Positions 60,946 to 64,000 of a DNA stretch of 64,000 nt are shown here, in pieces. The notes under the pieces were generated by a model that was given only the letters and a program-made list of their open reading frames with translations, searched no databases and had not been told where the DNA came from. The first letter of the stretch is position 1; each line of letters begins with the position of its first letter. The DNA is from Acidobacteriota bacterium (GTDB lineage: Bacteria; Acidobacteriota; UBA6911; RPQK01; JAJDTT01), in NCBI GenBank assembly GCA_965209055.1, contig OZ242374.1, forward strand, positions 4,192,001 to 4,256,000. Reading direction: 5' to 3'. The translations under genes and the position numbers were made by a program.

Positions 60946-62085
60946 ATGCCCTTTTCCGAAGACCACGAACTCTTTCGAGAGTCTCTGAGACGCTTCGTGC
61001 AGGAAGAGATCCTGCCTCACGTGGAGAAGTGGGAAGAGAAGGAGGAGACGCCCCGTTCGCTGTTCGAGCAAATGGGGGAACTGGGTTTCCTCGGCGCCGA
61101 GTACCCGCCCGAATACGGCGGCGGCGGCGCCGACTTCTGGATGTCGGTGGTCCTGGCCGAAGAGCTGGCGCGCTGCCGCTCCGGCGGCGTGGCGTTCGGC
61201 GTCATCGTCCACACGGACATGTCCTCCCCCTGGCTGGTCCATTTCGGAACCGAGGACCAGAAACGGCGTTACCTGCCGGACATCATCCGGGGCCGGAAGA
61301 TCTGCGCCCTGGCCATCACCGAGCCGGACACCGGATCGGACATGGCGGCCCTCTCCACCCGGGCGGTCCGCGACGGCGGCGACTGGGTCCTGACGGGCGC
61401 CAAGACCTTCATCACCAACGGCGTGAACGGCGACCTCTACTTCGTGGCCGCCCGGACCCGGGGCGACGGTCCCCGCCGTGAGCGCCTCTCCCAGTTCCTG
61501 GTGGAGAGGGACACTCCCGGCTTCAGCGTCGGCCGCAAGCTGAAGAAGACCGGCATGTTGGCTTCGGACACGGCCGAGCTGGTCTTCGACGAGGTCCGCG
61601 TCCCCGGAGAAAACCTCCTGGGAGTGGAAGGAAAAGGATTTGCGCAACTGGTCTCGGGATTGCAACGGGAACGCCTCATGGCGGCGGTGCTGTGCGTCTC
61701 CGCCGCCCAGCAGGCTCTGGAGGACTGCGCCGAGTACCTGAACCAGCGCCACGCCTTCGGACGGCCTCTCTCCCGGTTCCAGGCCCTGGCCCACCGGCTC
61801 GCCGACATGGCGACGGAAGCGGAAGCGGCCCGGCAACTGACTTACCACGCCGCCTCCCTCTTCGCATCGGGGCAGGAGTGCACCCGCGTCGTGTCGATGG
61901 CCAAGCTCTACGCCACCGAGATGGCCAACCGGGTCGCCTACCACGCCGTCCAGATGCACGGCGGGTACGGCTACATGCGGGAGTACGCCGTGGAGCGCTT
62001 CGCCCGGGACTACCGGCTCTGGCCCATCGCCTCGGGCACGTCCGAGATCATGCGCGAGATCATCTCCCGGGACCTGTTGAGGTAG
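60946..62085 (+). CDS. Acyl-CoA dehydrogenase
   Basis: AITEPDTGSD, GAKTFITNG, QMHGGYGYM, GTSEIM. Confidence 0.95.
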   Translation: MPFSEDHELFRESLRRFVQEEILPHVEKWEEKEETPRSLFEQMGELGFLGAEYPPEYGGGGADFWMSVVLAEELARCRSGGVAFGVIVHTDMSSPWLVHFGTEDQKRRYLPDIIRGRKICALAITEPDTGSDMAALSTRAVRDGGDWVLTGAKTFITNGVNGDLYFVAARTRGDGPRRERLSQFLVERDTPGFSVGRKLKKTGMLASDTAELVFDEVRVPGENLLGVEGKGFAQLVSGLQRERLMAAVLCVSAAQQALEDCAEYLNQRHAFGRPLSRFQALAHRLADMATEAEAARQLTYHAASLFASGQECTRVVSMAKLYATEMANRVAYHAVQMHGGYGYMREYAVERFARDYRLWPIASGTSEIMREIISRDLLR

Positions 62086-62201
62086 GGAAGCGGCGACATC
62101 CCTGTCGGCGATGCGACCGGCACCGACGTCGTTGACGCTTCTGGTGCGGCCTTGCTAGTCTGATTCCAACAGCCCCTCTTCTTCCACGAGGCAAGAATCT
62201 C

Positions 62202-62798
62202 GTGCCAAGGAAACCGGTCCTCATCACGTTGTTCCTCCCCACCTTGTTCGTCACGGTCGTAAACGGCCAAACGTCGGTCAGAGACCATCAACGCTTTGCG
62301 CTCTACAACGAGTGCCGCCCCATGGAGTTGGTCGTGGATTTCGGGTTGTCCCGGATTGAGGAAAGTCCTTTCACATCGCTGGTTGCTCAGATCAAGAAAG
62401 ATTCGGAGAAGCTGTTGGAGGAGCAGGGTCTTTTGACGGGCGACCCGATTGACTCAAACAGGGCGTACCTGAAGATCAGGGGTTCGTTCCGTGATGAAGG
62501 TGACGAAGGGTATTCCTTTAAAATCTACCTGGAATTCAACAAACTGGTGATCGACTCGGCCTCAGGCATGGAAAACGTCGTGATGACGTGGGGAGGCATT
62601 CGTGCCAGTGGTGCTGGGTCGGGGCTTGATAATGAGAATCTCATTGGGTGGAAAGCATCAAGAATAGTCGGTGGTTTCCTCGATCGGTATATCAGGGTAA
62701 ATGAGAAAGCTTGCGGAGACGCGGTGATCCAGAGACTGAAAGGATTGGGAGACCAGATCGATCCTGAGTCTCCAGGCAGGGATCCCAGCGGGTTCTGA
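62202..62798 (+). CDS. Hypothetical exported protein
   Basis: N-terminal signal peptide; two Cys; lower GC than neighbours. Confidence 0.65.
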   Translation: MPRKPVLITLFLPTLFVTVVNGQTSVRDHQRFALYNECRPMELVVDFGLSRIEESPFTSLVAQIKKDSEKLLEEQGLLTGDPIDSNRAYLKIRGSFRDEGDEGYSFKIYLEFNKLVIDSASGMENVVMTWGGIRASGAGSGLDNENLIGWKASRIVGGFLDRYIRVNEKACGDAVIQRLKGLGDQIDPESPGRDPSGF

Positions 62799-62980
62799 CT
62801 GCCATTCCGTCCCTGATTCCTGCCGTATAACGGGCTGTCCGGTGGCCGTGCAAACCTGGCCCGGCAACACCGGGGACCCGATCCCATCTGTTCCTGCACC
62901 TCCTGTCCTACTACCCGGACCTGAACCACCCGCTGGAGCAACTGGTCTGCGCGGTCATCGACGACTCGGAATCGACATGG

Positions 62981-63895
62981 TCAGAACAGGCCGCTCGCCT
63001 TCAAATAATCCAACGTCGCCGCCGCGCTCGCCTCCGGCTGCTCCAGTTGCAGGAGGTGCGTCCCTCCCGGCAGATAGGCGTAGTCCACGGTCGGGATATG
63101 ATGGAGTTCGGTGGTCGGGAAATAGGTGTACGGGATGGCGGGGTCGGCCCCCATGACCATCGTCGGACAGGCGAGTGCCCCAAAGTCGATCAACGCCGCA
63201 TACTGTCCGCCGTACCTGTAGATCCGGGCCTCATATTCGCGGGGACAACGAAGAATGTAGCCGTCCCCGTCCGGGCATCGGCGTAGCGTCGTCCGGGCCA
63301 TGAGGCGGCGGACGCCGGGGACCACGTACTGGAAGCCGGGCATGTAGAGAAGCACCTCCGCGAAGTCCGCGCGGGTCGGATACCGGGCCGTGCGCGAAAG
63401 CGTCATCGCGGCCGCCCGCCTCGCCACGTCGGCACACTCCTCGCGGGCGGGGCCGAATTCGCACAGCGGCGGATCGAAAAGAACGCGCGCTACGAACTCT
63501 CCCCCTCGCGAGGGGGACAGCAGCGAAACCAGGCCCGAGAGAGAATGGAACACGCCGGCCTGCGGCTTCTTCCCGAATCCCTGTTCGATGGCATCCTGGA
63601 TGCGCAGGTGGTCATCGATGAGTGTGGGCACATGGTGGCTGCGCAGCGGCCCGGGAGCATTCCAGCCGTGGTTCCTGAGGTCGTAGAGCACGAGATCGAA
63701 GACGTCCTCGAACAGCGACCAGAACGGGTAATAGAGGTCGATCGCGAGGCTGTTGCCGTGGCTGAGAACGATGCGCGGGCCGGAGGGATTCCCGTGGCGC
63801 CGGAGCGTCGTCACGGCACCGTCGCCCAAGCGAGCGTCGTGCATGGCAAGGGGCTCGGGCACCTGCCAAACCTGCGTGCGTTCAAGGTCACTCAT
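62981..63895 (-). CDS. Alpha/beta hydrolase
   Basis: LSHGN, YDLRNHG, FHSLSG nucleophile elbow, THLLQLEQP. Confidence 0.88.
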   Translation of the reverse strand: MSDLERTQVWQVPEPLAMHDARLGDGAVTTLRRHGNPSGPRIVLSHGNSLAIDLYYPFWSLFEDVFDLVLYDLRNHGWNAPGPLRSHHVPTLIDDHLRIQDAIEQGFGKKPQAGVFHSLSGLVSLLSPSRGGEFVARVLFDPPLCEFGPAREECADVARRAAAMTLSRTARYPTRADFAEVLLYMPGFQYVVPGVRRLMARTTLRRCPDGDGYILRCPREYEARIYRYGGQYAALIDFGALACPTMVMGADPAIPYTYFPTTELHHIPTVDYAYLPGGTHLLQLEQPEASAAATLDYLKASGLF

Positions 63896-64000
63896 GGCGG
63901 AGCCGGGCGGGGATGGATTCAACGCGGGGCAAGTCGCTGGCGAAGGGATGACCACCCACGGGCTCACCGCCCCCGGGCTTGCATGGGGGGCGCGAGGGGG

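Overview
GC-rich bacterial chromosomal window with about 48 genes. The gene repertoire suggests an Acidobacteria/PVC-like organism (inference). It contains two DUF1501 + planctomycete cytochrome c (DUF1549/DUF1553) pairs, several secreted beta-propeller proteins, and a porin-imelysin-di-heme protein iron-uptake operon plus a ferritin, both with Fur-like boxes. It also has a putative betaine/methylamine catabolic island (enolase-family enzyme, BBOX-like dioxygenase, GcvT-like demethylase, HD oxygenase), an Att-type ABC/lipocalin system, acyl-CoA genes, a dispersed GGAG-type REP hairpin family, and decayed toxin-antitoxin, restriction and IS relics. The most striking unexplained structure is a ~150-170 bp promoter+leader element present twice in inverted orientation (31394-31546 and 34057-34223). 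It lies upstream of two unrelated, convergent demethylation-type genes and can fold into a pseudoknot that involves the RBS, making it a candidate new riboswitch or cis-regulatory RNA. No tRNA, rRNA or CRISPR array was seen.
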